Source: Bdellovibrionia bacterium (GTDB taxonomy: Bacteria > Bdellovibrionota > UBA1018). Taken from it: a stretch of 64,000 nucleotides of DNA. Positions 18,373-27,830 of the stretch are shown piece after piece. Position 1 is the stretch's first letter; every line of letters starts with the position of its first letter. The stretch is taken from the NCBI GenBank assembly GCA_040399745.1, contig JBBARP010000001.1:240511-304510 (forward strand). The letters run 5' to 3'. Made by a program: the position numbers and the translations under genes. The notes beneath the pieces were generated by a model. The model was not told where the DNA came from. It searched no databases and saw nothing but the letters and a program-made list of their open reading frames with translations.

Positions 18373-19004
18373 CCGAAAACCGATGGAAGAGCGCCGAATG
18401 GGAGCATTACGAGCTTTGGGAAAAGCTTGAGAAGCGCGTCCAGAGAAAGCGCCGTATTTGGATTGCCGCGACCGTGGTGGTGTTTCTGGCCATCTCGGCC
18501 ATTCCGGTGGTGAAGGATCGCTGGTTGAAGTGGTCTGCTTTGAAAGTGGCCAGACTTCTTTCTCAGCAGATCAATCAGATGAAGCGAGATGCGATGGTGG
18601 CCCGAACGCCTCACCGATTGATCTTGGTCGATGATCTCGGCGTTCGGATCGAGCCCGTCGCCGAATGCGAGGGGCATGCGCCCCCTGTCTCGCACTCGCT
18701 GGCTTCCTTCAGTACGGCCACCTCGGCAAATTCTGCCGCTCCGCTGACGGTTTCCGTTCGCCAGGTCGATTTTGGATTCTCGGAATTGAAATGGCTCGAA
18801 CCCGCCGACGGCGAACGCTGGGGAGTGCCGGGTTTGGTGCGCGAGTACTGCTTTGATCCCTTGAAAGGCGGGGGTTCAGCCGCCAAAGGGTTGCCGGTGA
18901 TTGGACTCGGTGTTGCTCCGAAGGCAGACCTGACCGAGGATCGGTCCGACCGAATGGCAGTGATCTTCGTCTCGGGACCTTCGGCTGAAGTCGCTTACGA
19001 GTGA
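18345..19004 (+). CDS. FimT/GspH-like pilin-fold membrane protein without a prepilin cleavage site
   Basis: GGAGG 6 nt before in-frame GTG 18345; single TM followed by ARLLSQQINQMKRDAMVAR helix and beta-rich body. Confidence 0.5.
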   Translation: MVPIHPTDLAENRWKSAEWEHYELWEKLEKRVQRKRRIWIAATVVVFLAISAIPVVKDRWLKWSALKVARLLSQQINQMKRDAMVARTPHRLILVDDLGVRIEPVAECEGHAPPVSHSLASFSTATSANSAAPLTVSVRQVDFGFSELKWLEPADGERWGVPGLVREYCFDPLKGGGSAAKGLPVIGLGVAPKADLTEDRSDRMAVIFVSGPSAEVAYE

Positions 19005-19019
19005 AATTCCCCTCGAGTG

Positions 19020-19047
19020 TTGACCCCTTTCACCTGACAGGTAGAAT
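19020..19047 (+). promoter_or_regulatory. Sigma-70 promoter of pilMNOPQ
   Basis: TTGACC-N16-TAGAAT, 23 nt before pilM ATG. Confidence 0.7.
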
Positions 19048-19070
19048 CAGGAAAAGGGGTTCTCGGTTCC

Positions 19071-20189
19071 ATGAAGGGATCACTCGGCCAGAAGGCTAAC
19101 GGAATCTTAGGTAAGTTCTTGCCCGACCTTTCCAACTGGTCAGGGGCACTGGCCTCGCTTACGGGCGGAGGTTCCGCGGTGGGCCTGAGTATTGGCTCAT
19201 CCTCGGTGAAGCTCGTCGAGCTGAAGCGCTCGGGAAAAGCCTGGAAGCTTCTGAACTGGGCCGTGAATCCGGTTCTGGACGAAAGCATCGTGAACCGCGA
19301 GATTCATAACGCGGTGGCGGTGACTGAGTCGCTGCGAACTTTGCTATCGGGCGTGAAGCTTCAGAATAAATCGGTTTGCACCGCTCTTTCAGGCGCTACG
19401 GTCACTTTGCGCCGAATGATGGTCGAAGTGGCAAATCCCAAAGAGATTCAAGAGCAAGTGTTCTGGGAAGCCGAGCAGTACGTGAACGAAGCTGTGGCCG
19501 ACGTGGTCATGGATTTTCATCAAATTTCCCGCTCAAAAGATGGCAAGACCGACGTGATCTTGGTGGCAGCCAAGCGCTCAGTTCTGGATAGCTACACGGC
19601 CTGCGTTGAAGACGCGGGGCTAAAAGCAAAAGTGGTCGACTTGGATTTCTTGGCGCTTCAAACCGTTTTTGAAGCCAATTATCAGGAGAAACCCGGCGAA
19701 GCGGTGGCGCTGGTCGACATCGGATCGAGCTCGCTGAAGCTTGTGGTCGTGTTCGGGGGAGTGCCGGTCTACACCAAGGACGCGGCAATCGGTGGGCGGA
19801 ACCTCACCTTAGAAATTCAAAGGCAGCTCGAGTCCTCTTTTGCGGATGCCGAAGCATTGAAAACCGAAGGCCCGATTCCTCAGCCGGTCAGTGAGTTGAT
19901 GCACGCGCAGAGCGGAATCTTTGCTCAAGAGATCAAGCGCGCCATCGACTTCCACGGCGCTTCCTCTTCGAGTGGTCGAGTCACTTCACTGTTCATCACT
20001 GGCGGGAGCAGCCGGATTCCTGGCCTTGCGCAAGTTCTCGAAGCGGAAACCCAGCTTCCGGTTCAGGAGCTGAATCCCTTCAATGCCATTCAGGTCGATC
20101 CGGCTGTTTATTCGCCGGAGTACTTGGCGAAAATTGCACCGCTTGCGGCCATCCCGGTCGGCTTGGCCATTCGGGCGGGGACGCCATGA
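19071..20189 (+). CDS. pilM: Type IV pilus protein PilM
   Basis: Actin-like fold: GLSIGSSSVKLVEL, VDIGSSS, IGGRNLT, ITGGSS, VGLAIR. Confidence 0.93.
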   Translation: MKGSLGQKANGILGKFLPDLSNWSGALASLTGGGSAVGLSIGSSSVKLVELKRSGKAWKLLNWAVNPVLDESIVNREIHNAVAVTESLRTLLSGVKLQNKSVCTALSGATVTLRRMMVEVANPKEIQEQVFWEAEQYVNEAVADVVMDFHQISRSKDGKTDVILVAAKRSVLDSYTACVEDAGLKAKVVDLDFLALQTVFEANYQEKPGEAVALVDIGSSSLKLVVVFGGVPVYTKDAAIGGRNLTLEIQRQLESSFADAEALKTEGPIPQPVSELMHAQSGIFAQEIKRAIDFHGASSSSGRVTSLFITGGSSRIPGLAQVLEAETQLPVQELNPFNAIQVDPAVYSPEYLAKIAPLAAIPVGLAIRAGTP

Positions 20190-20842
20190 TTAAGATTAAC
20201 CTGGCGCTCAGAAAATCGGCTCAGCTCCTGGACTCAGGCCCGGGCACCTCGCTGACGCGCATGGCGCAAGGCGGCCTGGGAAAACTCAGCCCTGCTGATT
20301 TGTTTCAGACCCCGGGCTTCCTGGCCTTTGGTTTGATGCTGGTAGGGATTTTTCTGAGCCAATCCCTGGTCACCAGTTACATGGCCGATGAAGTCGCTAA
20401 GCTCGATGCGGATCTTGCGCGAATCAACGAGCAAGGCGAGTCGATGACCAAAAAATTGGCTGATTCCAAGAAATTTCAGGAGCAGAAAAAGGAACTCGAA
20501 GCCAACAAAGCGGAAGTCGATCGCAAGCTCGAAGCCATCCGCAAGCTCTCCTTGGAACGCGATATTCCCGTTCGGATCCTCACTCAGCTTTCATCCAGCA
20601 TTCCTGCGGAAGTTTGGCTCTCAGAGCTGAAAGTGGATCGTCAGGATATTCTCTTTAAAGGGGACGCCGTCGACTTTTCTCAAGTGTCTGAGTTCATGAA
20701 AAACTTGGCCACGATCGAACTTTTTGATGGGGTTCGGCTTCAGAACACTCAGCAGGGCCGAGATGAATTTGGCCTGGATATTGCGAAATTCGAGATCGGC
20801 GTGAAGCGCCGTGCGGCAGTGTCGGGAGGCGGAAGTGGATAA
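20186..20842 (+). CDS. pilN: Type IV pilus protein PilN
   Basis: MIKINL N-terminus, TM, coiled coil, IPAEVWLSEL. Confidence 0.9.
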   Translation: MIKINLALRKSAQLLDSGPGTSLTRMAQGGLGKLSPADLFQTPGFLAFGLMLVGIFLSQSLVTSYMADEVAKLDADLARINEQGESMTKKLADSKKFQEQKKELEANKAEVDRKLEAIRKLSLERDIPVRILTQLSSSIPAEVWLSELKVDRQDILFKGDAVDFSQVSEFMKNLATIELFDGVRLQNTQQGRDEFGLDIAKFEIGVKRRAAVSGGGSG

Positions 20843-21461
20843 AGATCTCCTGGGGCGGCTCTTTTCATCGATTCCTAGCAAAGCAATCCTGGGAGCTTGG
20901 ATCGCCTATCAGGGGTTTCAAGTGTATCAATTCCGCAGTTCCGACGAATCTGAACTGAATCAAAAGATGTTTCAGGTCTCGGCGGCAGAAAAGCAGTTGG
21001 CGAACAAAGAACGCCAGCTTGCGGAGCTCGATCGTTTCGTGAAGGAACTCGAGTCGCGTAAAGAAGAGTTGAAGCGGAAGTTTGACGAACTGGACCGAAC
21101 CAAAGTCAATTTCGAGAGCTTCGACATTCCTTCGTTCATGCAGGCGGCGGTGAATGAGGCCAAGCGCCTGGGCATTCAAGTGCAGGTGTTCCGTCCGACA
21201 GTGAAATCGGACGGCGAATTCTATGAAGAGCAGGGCTTTGAGTTCGGGTTTCGGGGCTTTTATCCGCAACTCATGGTGTTCTTGAGCCGGCTTTCAAAAA
21301 TCCAACATGTGGTTCAGGTGGATAGTTTCACGGTGAAGCCCATCGGCGCCCGCAACGGCAAGTTCGTTCAGTTGGAAGGCAGCCTTCAAATCAAAGGCTA
21401 CTCCTATAAGCGCTCCAAAGCGGATGATCTGAAAAAGTCCGCTGAAGCAAGGAGTGGCTGA
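20835..21461 (+). CDS. pilO: Type IV pilus protein PilO
   Basis: GGAGG before GTG 20835; TM, coiled coil, F.G.YPQL..FLSRL ferredoxin-like domain; position after pilN. Confidence 0.85.
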   Translation: MDKDLLGRLFSSIPSKAILGAWIAYQGFQVYQFRSSDESELNQKMFQVSAAEKQLANKERQLAELDRFVKELESRKEELKRKFDELDRTKVNFESFDIPSFMQAAVNEAKRLGIQVQVFRPTVKSDGEFYEEQGFEFGFRGFYPQLMVFLSRLSKIQHVVQVDSFTVKPIGARNGKFVQLEGSLQIKGYSYKRSKADDLKKSAEARSG

Positions 21462-21892
21462 TGCGGGCTTGGGCAATCCTGGCGATGGGCTTGATTTTCG
21501 GGGCAGTAGCTTTGCCCGAAGCAGCACTTACGCAGGTCACTTTAGATCTCAGCGACAAGGCGCCGGACCAGCTCAGTTTTCGTGACCCTTTTCAGCGGCC
21601 TCAGATTCGCGATGCGGCCAATCTTCCGAAGTCGGAGCTGGAGCGTTTTTCGGTCGAGCAGATGGAGCTTCTGGGCGTCATCACCGGTCCAGTCAGAATG
21701 CGCGCTTCCATCCGGACCCCCGATGGAAAACTTCACATGGTGGCCGAGAAGCAAAAGATCGGGAACCGAAACGGCTTTATTCGCAAGATCAACCCAGGCG
21801 AAGTCCTCGTGACTGAGAAGGTCCTGACGGCTTGGGGCAAGGAAGAGGAGCAAGAAATTCAGCTCCGGATCGCGTCAAAGAACAAAGAATAA
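21461..21892 (+). CDS. pilP: Type IV pilus protein PilP
   Basis: RDPF, LERF, L.GVI, IG.RNG.I motifs. Confidence 0.88.
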   Translation: MRAWAILAMGLIFGAVALPEAALTQVTLDLSDKAPDQLSFRDPFQRPQIRDAANLPKSELERFSVEQMELLGVITGPVRMRASIRTPDGKLHMVAEKQKIGNRNGFIRKINPGEVLVTEKVLTAWGKEEEQEIQLRIASKNKE

Positions 21893-21910
21893 GTAGCAAG
21901 GGAGTCGGAA

Positions 21911-23755
21911 ATGAAGCGGATGGAATCGCGAACCAAAAAGACGACCGGATACCTCGTGGCGGGCTTGCTCGCTGCGACGGCCCTGAGTGCTCCTTGGGTT
22001 CTGGCCGCTGCAGGCCGAATCACTGCCATTGATTTCAGACAGGCCGACGGAAAAAGCCTGGTCGAGATTACTTCGGATGCTCCTCTGGCTTTTGTGAAGC
22101 AGGAGAATCAGGCGGACAAACAGGTCATTCTAGAAATTCAGGACGCAAAACTGAGCCGCGCTGCCCTTCGGCGCTTGGATACTTCCTCCTTTCCTGGCGC
22201 CGTCAGTTTGGTCAGCCCCTATCAAACAGGCGAGCAAGCGCGTGTCGTCGTTCAGCTTCGAAACAACGTGGGTACCTCGGTGGTGCAAGACGGAAACGTC
22301 CTTCGCCTGAGTGTTGCGGATGGCGCATCATCCGACCGCGCCCAAGCGAGCGCTTCGGCCGCCGAGCCCGCGCCTTCGGCCAGTGAATCGGGAGAGAGCA
22401 CTTCGTCCCGTGCAGCGGACGAGCTTTTAGCTCAGGAAGAAGCAGCTTCGAAACCCGCAACCAAGGCCTCAACCCCAGCTACTTTGCGGGCGGAAGAGAA
22501 GGCTCTGGACGATTTCATTCAGTCTCGTTCGCAGCGTAAATTCATTGGAAAGCCCATCACTTTACAAGTTCGTGACATGGATTTGGGCGACTTCTTCCAG
22601 TTGATCGGGGAAGCTTCCGGCTTCAACGTTATTGTGGGCTCGGAAGTACAAGGAAAGGTAACGCTTTCGCTTCAGGACACCCCCTGGGACCAAGCCCTGG
22701 ATTTGGTGCTTTCTTCGCGCCAGCTGGGTGCCGAGCGTCGTAACAACGTGCTGCGAATCACGACGCTCTCGAATCTGACTTCCGAGAAGCAAGCCGAGCT
22801 GGCCGCTCGTCGTGCGAGCGAGGCCGCAGCTCCGCGAATCACCCGAATTTTCCCCATTAGCTACGCCACGCTGGCGGATCTCAGTAACGTGTTTCAGCGC
22901 TTCGCTTCCAGCTCGGGCGACACTTCAGGAACCGTCGTACAAACCGATGAACGCACGAACAGCATCATCGTTCGCGATACGGCTGAAAACATCGAGCGGA
23001 TGCGAAAGCTGATCGAGCTTTTGGACACCCAAACGCCTCAAGTTTTGATTGAGGCAAAAGTGGTGGAAGCCAAAGAGAGCGGTTCCAAGGCGATTTCCGG
23101 TACGTTTGGTTTCGGTGGCAGCGCAACTTCCAGCAGCTTGACTGGGACTCTTGGTGCCATTCCGAACACCACCTTGGTGGGTGGAAACTTCAATTGGGGG
23201 CAGGCTTTGAATTTCGGCATTGGAAACGGCACCCGGATCGATGCCTTACTGAACATTACCGAGAGCCAAAGTTTGACCCGAACTGTGTCCTCGCCCAAGA
23301 CTGTGGTCCTGAACAAAGAGACGGCGAGCATCGTTGCGGGAACGCCGGTCCTGATCAGCACCACCACCAGCACGATCTCGGGCCCGATTGCCACTCAGAC
23401 GGTGGTGACGGCGAACTTGAGCTTGAACGTCAAACCCACGGTGACCAATGACTCTGGCGTCCTTTTGGATGTGACGGTTCAGCGCGATACGGTTGTTCAG
23501 GCCGACACCACGAGTGCAGTGGCCCCTCGAAATCTAAAAACCAAAGTTCTTGTCGACAGCGGCTCGACCTTGGTGATCGGCGGGGTTTACACGAGCTCCA
23601 GCATCGAATCGGAGGGCGGCATTCCGTTCTTCCGGAAAATTCCAATCATCGGGGCCCTGTTTGGGAACGAAACCAAGTCGAATGAACGAACGGAGTTGTT
23701 CATTTTCATCACACCGCGCATTCTGAACCAGAAAGAAGCAGGCCTTTCGACGTGA
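21911..23755 (+). CDS. pilQ: Type IV pilus secretin PilQ (AMIN, N0, N3, secretin)
   Basis: PWDQALDLVL, DERTNSIIVRD, QVLIEAKVVE, IPIIGALF, ELFIFITPRI. Confidence 0.95.
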   Translation: MKRMESRTKKTTGYLVAGLLAATALSAPWVLAAAGRITAIDFRQADGKSLVEITSDAPLAFVKQENQADKQVILEIQDAKLSRAALRRLDTSSFPGAVSLVSPYQTGEQARVVVQLRNNVGTSVVQDGNVLRLSVADGASSDRAQASASAAEPAPSASESGESTSSRAADELLAQEEAASKPATKASTPATLRAEEKALDDFIQSRSQRKFIGKPITLQVRDMDLGDFFQLIGEASGFNVIVGSEVQGKVTLSLQDTPWDQALDLVLSSRQLGAERRNNVLRITTLSNLTSEKQAELAARRASEAAAPRITRIFPISYATLADLSNVFQRFASSSGDTSGTVVQTDERTNSIIVRDTAENIERMRKLIELLDTQTPQVLIEAKVVEAKESGSKAISGTFGFGGSATSSSLTGTLGAIPNTTLVGGNFNWGQALNFGIGNGTRIDALLNITESQSLTRTVSSPKTVVLNKETASIVAGTPVLISTTTSTISGPIATQTVVTANLSLNVKPTVTNDSGVLLDVTVQRDTVVQADTTSAVAPRNLKTKVLVDSGSTLVIGGVYTSSSIESEGGIPFFRKIPIIGALFGNETKSNERTELFIFITPRILNQKEAGLST

Positions 23756-24357
23756 ACCCGGCGTCCTATTCGCCCATCCTTTATGAGTACCTGAGGCGCT
23801 ATCAAGAAAATCCGCGCTCGCGCGTCTTTGCGCCGTTAGCGGAAGCATATCGAAAAGCCGGCCTTCCCGAGCAGGCACTCGAGATCGCGCGTGAGGGGCT
23901 TCGGGTGCATCCTCACTTCGTGGGTGGCCGGGTGGCTTTAGGTCGGGCGCTCTTTGATCTGCGCAGGCATGCCGAAGTGGTTCAAGAGCTTTCGGTGGTG
24001 GTCCGCGACGTGCCTGACAACTTGGCAGCGCAAAGGCTTCTGGCCGAGAGCTGCTTGGTCCTAGGTCGAGTCGCCGAAGCCCTCGATGCGTATAAAATGT
24101 TGCTCTACTTCGCTCCGGGCGATGCCCAGTTGGCCAAGCTGGTTCATGAGCTGGAAACCCAGGCCTATGCGCAAGGGAATTTGGTCCTGCAGCTCGATTC
24201 GCCTGAAAAAGCGGGTTCTGCCTTCGAGTTTCAGGAAGCAGGCCGAGCCTTGGCGAGCGATCCCGCGCGAGCGAAGAACGAGTGGTTACGTCGGGTAGAG
24301 CTCCTGCAGGGCATGCTTCAGCGGGTAGAGCGGTACCGGGCTCGCGCCTCGGGTTGA
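23752..24357 (+). CDS. TPR protein
   Basis: PRSRVFAPLAEAYRKAG, HPHFVGGRVALGRAL TPR repeats; overlaps pilQ stop. Confidence 0.8.
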   Translation: MNPASYSPILYEYLRRYQENPRSRVFAPLAEAYRKAGLPEQALEIAREGLRVHPHFVGGRVALGRALFDLRRHAEVVQELSVVVRDVPDNLAAQRLLAESCLVLGRVAEALDAYKMLLYFAPGDAQLAKLVHELETQAYAQGNLVLQLDSPEKAGSAFEFQEAGRALASDPARAKNEWLRRVELLQGMLQRVERYRARASG

Positions 24358-24381
24358 CGCGCGGGAAGTCCGCGTGATAAC
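24354..24381 (+). promoter_or_regulatory. Possible sigma-70 promoter of efp
   Basis: TTGACG-N16-GATAAC, 9 nt before ATG; no SD. Confidence 0.45.
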
Positions 24382-24390
24382 CGACCGTTC

Positions 24391-24951
24391 ATGTACGCAA
24401 CCAACCAGTTTCGCAAAGGCCTGAAGGTCGAGCTCGAGGGCGTTCCTTTTGAGATCGTCGACTTTCAGCACGTCAGCCCCGGCAAAGGCCGCGCTTTCAC
24501 CCGTACCAAGTTGAAGAACATGCTCAACGGCAACGTGATCGAGCGAACGATCACTTCGGGCGACAAGCTGGACCGTGCGAACACTGAAGAAAAAGAAATG
24601 CAGTACCTGTATCGGGACGCCGAAGGGTACCACTTCATGAACCAGGCCAACTTCGAACAGGTGGCCATGAGCGAGGAACAGGTCGGAACCAATAAGGACT
24701 TCCTGATCGAGAACCTCGTCATCAAGATCATGTACTTCAACGAAGGCCCGATCGGCATCGATATGCCGACTTTCGTGAATCTGCGCGTGAAAGAAACGAC
24801 TTCGGCTTTCAAAGGCGATACCGTCGGCGGCACGAAGCCCGCCTTGATGGAAACGGGCGCTACGATTCAAGTGCCTTTTCACATCAAAGAAGGCGATATG
24901 TTGAAAATCGATACCCGCGATTACTCCTACAACTCCAAAGCCAACGACTGA
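24391..24951 (+). CDS. efp: Elongation factor P
   Basis: HVSPGKG loop, [21 protein letters not shown]. Confidence 0.97.
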   Translation: MYATNQFRKGLKVELEGVPFEIVDFQHVSPGKGRAFTRTKLKNMLNGNVIERTITSGDKLDRANTEEKEMQYLYRDAEGYHFMNQANFEQVAMSEEQVGTNKDFLIENLVIKIMYFNEGPIGIDMPTFVNLRVKETTSAFKGDTVGGTKPALMETGATIQVPFHIKEGDMLKIDTRDYSYNSKAND

Positions 24952-24955
24952 GAGT

Positions 24956-25513
24956 GTGAACGTGAAAAAACAGCCCTCGAAGGTGAAGAAGCAGAAGGAA
25001 AACGCAACCTCCGGTCTGTTGTCCGATCTGGAGAAGGTTCTTGAGATGATGGGCCGCCACCATGTGGCCGAGCTCGAGTATGAAGCTCAGGGCAGCCGCC
25101 TGCATCTGCGGACGCAAGCCGCCCTGGCCGCTCAGGCCCATCAGGCTCAGCCGGTGTTTGCGCCGGCTCCGCAGTTTGCCTATCCGCCTGCCCCGGCTGC
25201 GCATGCTCCCGCAGCGCTCGCTGCAGCACCGGCCGCCGCTTCGGCTCCCGCTAGCTCTCCTGCTGCCTCGGCAGGCAAAACCGTCACTTCGCCTTTCGTA
25301 GGAACGTTCTATCGTTCCGCTTCGCCGACCGCGTCGGTGTACGTCAATGAGGGCCAAGCCGTGAAGTCGGGCGACGTACTCTGTATCGTCGAAGCGATGA
25401 AGCTGATGAACGAAATTGAAGCCGAATTTTCGGGCAAAATTGTTCAAATTCTTGCTGAAAACGGGCAGCCCGTCGAATTCGGCGAGCCGCTCTTTGTGAT
25501 TCAACCGGCCTGA
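24956..25513 (+). CDS. accB: Acetyl-CoA carboxylase biotin carboxyl carrier protein
   Basis: Ala/Pro linker, [25 protein letters not shown]. Confidence 0.95.
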   Translation: MNVKKQPSKVKKQKENATSGLLSDLEKVLEMMGRHHVAELEYEAQGSRLHLRTQAALAAQAHQAQPVFAPAPQFAYPPAPAAHAPAALAAAPAAASAPASSPAASAGKTVTSPFVGTFYRSASPTASVYVNEGQAVKSGDVLCIVEAMKLMNEIEAEFSGKIVQILAENGQPVEFGEPLFVIQPA

Positions 25514-25532
25514 GCCGGGGAGGATCGTGTCC

Positions 25533-26903
25533 ATGGGCGCTTCTTCGGCTCCGTTCCCACCGTTCCGGAAAGTCCTCATCGCGAACCGCGGTGAAATCGC
25601 TCTTCGAGTCATTCGGGCCTGCCGCGAAATGGGCATCTCGACAGTCGCGGTTTATTCGACCGCCGACGAGAATTCACTGCACGTGAAGCTGGCAGACGAA
25701 GCGGTTTGCATTGGACCGCCGCAGAGCAAGTTGTCCTACTTGAATATGGGCAACGTGATTTCCGCAGCCGATATTACCGGAGCGGACGCGATTCACCCGG
25801 GCTACGGGTTTTTGTCTGAGAACGCCGAGTTTGCGCGTCTCTGCGGGGAGTGCGAGATCACGTTCATCGGCCCCACGCCGCAGAACTTGATCGACATGGG
25901 TGAGAAGACGCGGGCGCGTGCTTTAGCTAAGGCTGCGGGCGTTCCCATGTTGCCCGGTACGGTCGAAGCTGTGCCGAACATGGAAGTGGCCTTGGAAGAA
26001 GCCAAGCGCATCGGCTACCCGGTCATCTTGAAGGCAGCAGCGGGCGGCGGTGGAAGGGGCATTTTCGTTGTCCGTACGCCGGACGAATTGCGGGGCTCTT
26101 TTGACCGTGCCTCTGCCGAGGCCGGGGCCGCTTTCGGAAATCCGGCGATGTACGTGGAGAAGTTCTGCGAACATCCTCGGCATGTCGAGATTCAGGTTCT
26201 TTGCGACAAGTTCGGTAATCGGCTTTTCCTGGGCGAGCGCGACTGCACCATCCAGCGCCGTCACCAGAAGTGCATCGAAGAAGCACCGAGCCCCATCATG
26301 GACGAAAAAATGCGCCAGGCGATGGGCAAAGCCGCTTTGGACCTCTGCGCGTCTGTGAATTACGAGAACGTCGGAACGGTCGAGTTCTTGGTGGAAAAGG
26401 GTCAGTTCTACTTCATGGAGATGAACACCCGGATTCAGGTCGAGCATCCGGTGACGGAGATGGTCACTGGCATTGACTTGATCAAAGAACAGATCAAGTC
26501 GGCTGCCGGACATCGTCTTCAGATTAAACAATCGGATATCAAGATTAGCTCGCACGCGATCGAGTGCCGAATCAACGCCGAGGACCCGGAAACTTTTGCC
26601 CCCTCGCCGGGCAAGATCACGGCACTTCACGTGCCGGGCGGCTATGGGGTTCGTGTGGAGTCATTCGTTTACGACCAGTACAAGGTCGTGCCGTACTACG
26701 ACTCGATGCTCGCTAAGCTCATTGTTCACGCTCCCACGCGCGACGAAGCCATCGCAAAGATGCGCCAGGCGCTTGACGAGTTTCGAGTGGAGGGGATCAA
26801 AACCAATATCCCGTTCCACCAGAAAATCATGGACTCCGAGCTGTTCCGCTCGTCGAATTACGACACCCATTTTTTGGAAGTCTTCCTTCCGAAAAACAAG
26901 TAA
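25533..26903 (+). CDS. accC: Biotin carboxylase
   Basis: LIANRGEIA, HPGYGFLSEN, GGGGRG, QRRHQK, EMNTRIQVEH, YYDSMLAKL. Confidence 0.97.
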   Translation: MGASSAPFPPFRKVLIANRGEIALRVIRACREMGISTVAVYSTADENSLHVKLADEAVCIGPPQSKLSYLNMGNVISAADITGADAIHPGYGFLSENAEFARLCGECEITFIGPTPQNLIDMGEKTRARALAKAAGVPMLPGTVEAVPNMEVALEEAKRIGYPVILKAAAGGGGRGIFVVRTPDELRGSFDRASAEAGAAFGNPAMYVEKFCEHPRHVEIQVLCDKFGNRLFLGERDCTIQRRHQKCIEEAPSPIMDEKMRQAMGKAALDLCASVNYENVGTVEFLVEKGQFYFMEMNTRIQVEHPVTEMVTGIDLIKEQIKSAAGHRLQIKQSDIKISSHAIECRINAEDPETFAPSPGKITALHVPGGYGVRVESFVYDQYKVVPYYDSMLAKLIVHAPTRDEAIAKMRQALDEFRVEGIKTNIPFHQKIMDSELFRSSNYDTHFLEVFLPKNK

Positions 26904-26927
26904 AATCAGGGTCATAAGTGGGTCAGG

Positions 26928-27830
26928 ATGACCCGCTGTGGAGGCAGCATGGACGAGAAGCCGACGCGGGTAGATCTCGGTGATGATCTATTGGAGAACA
27001 CCCGGAGTAGTGTGAGCGCAGAGGCGCCGGCAGCGTCGTCGCCTCAAGAGTCGGTCTCCGAACTTTTGGAGAGCGCCGCCATTCTGGAAAGTCAGGGGCT
27101 GCGTGACGATGCCAAACGCTTACTTCGTCGCGTGCTTCGTCAAGATGCTCGAAATGTCTCAGCACGAAAGAAGCTCGAGGCAATTTTGAAGCTGGAGCTC
27201 GACGCTCTGCTTGCGGGCGAGCCGCTGCAATCCCCGACGCCAGTGCCGGGAGAAGCTTCGCGCCTTGAGTTCCCAGTGGATGATCCCGAAAGTGTGGACA
27301 GCGAAGCCGTGATGCGAGCTTTGGATCGCGATTTTCAGCTCGGCGTCTTCAAGGACGGAGGGCATGGGGAATCAGCAGATTTCGAAGCCATGGTGTTCGG
27401 TGACCGGGAGAATCGCGAAAAATTTGAGAAGGATCTGGAAGGGAAACTAGCGGGCGCTTCAGCTCGCGACTGTCTGGATCTAGCGATCGCGTTTCTCGAA
27501 ATGGATCTTTTCTCGGTTGCCCTCCATTTGCTCGAGCGAGCCGAGCATGATGGCGAGATTCGCTATCTGGCCGCTCCGCTTCGGGCAGATGCATTGATTC
27601 GGGTGGGGCGGGCTTTCGAGGCCGTATTGATCCTGGAGCCTCTGTGGCTCGACCCAGAGGTTTCGCGAGCCGGAAAATTGGAATACATGTACCTGATGGC
27701 CCGAGCCAAAGAGCAACTGGGGCGCCTCGACCAGGCGCTGGAATGGTACCGCCGGGTGCAGTCCGTTGATCCGGATTACCGCGAGACCGCGTTTCGCGTT
27801 CGCTCGATGCTGCGAAGGATTGGCGAATGA
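26928..27830 (+). CDS. TPR protein, Bd2492/SgmX C-terminus-like
   Basis: DLAIAFLEMDLF and YLMARAKEQLG..DQALEWYRRV...DPDYRE TPRs; sits between accC and tamB. Confidence 0.7.
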   Translation: MTRCGGSMDEKPTRVDLGDDLLENTRSSVSAEAPAASSPQESVSELLESAAILESQGLRDDAKRLLRRVLRQDARNVSARKKLEAILKLELDALLAGEPLQSPTPVPGEASRLEFPVDDPESVDSEAVMRALDRDFQLGVFKDGGHGESADFEAMVFGDRENREKFEKDLEGKLAGASARDCLDLAIAFLEMDLFSVALHLLERAEHDGEIRYLAAPLRADALIRVGRAFEAVLILEPLWLDPEVSRAGKLEYMYLMARAKEQLGRLDQALEWYRRVQSVDPDYRETAFRVRSMLRRIGE

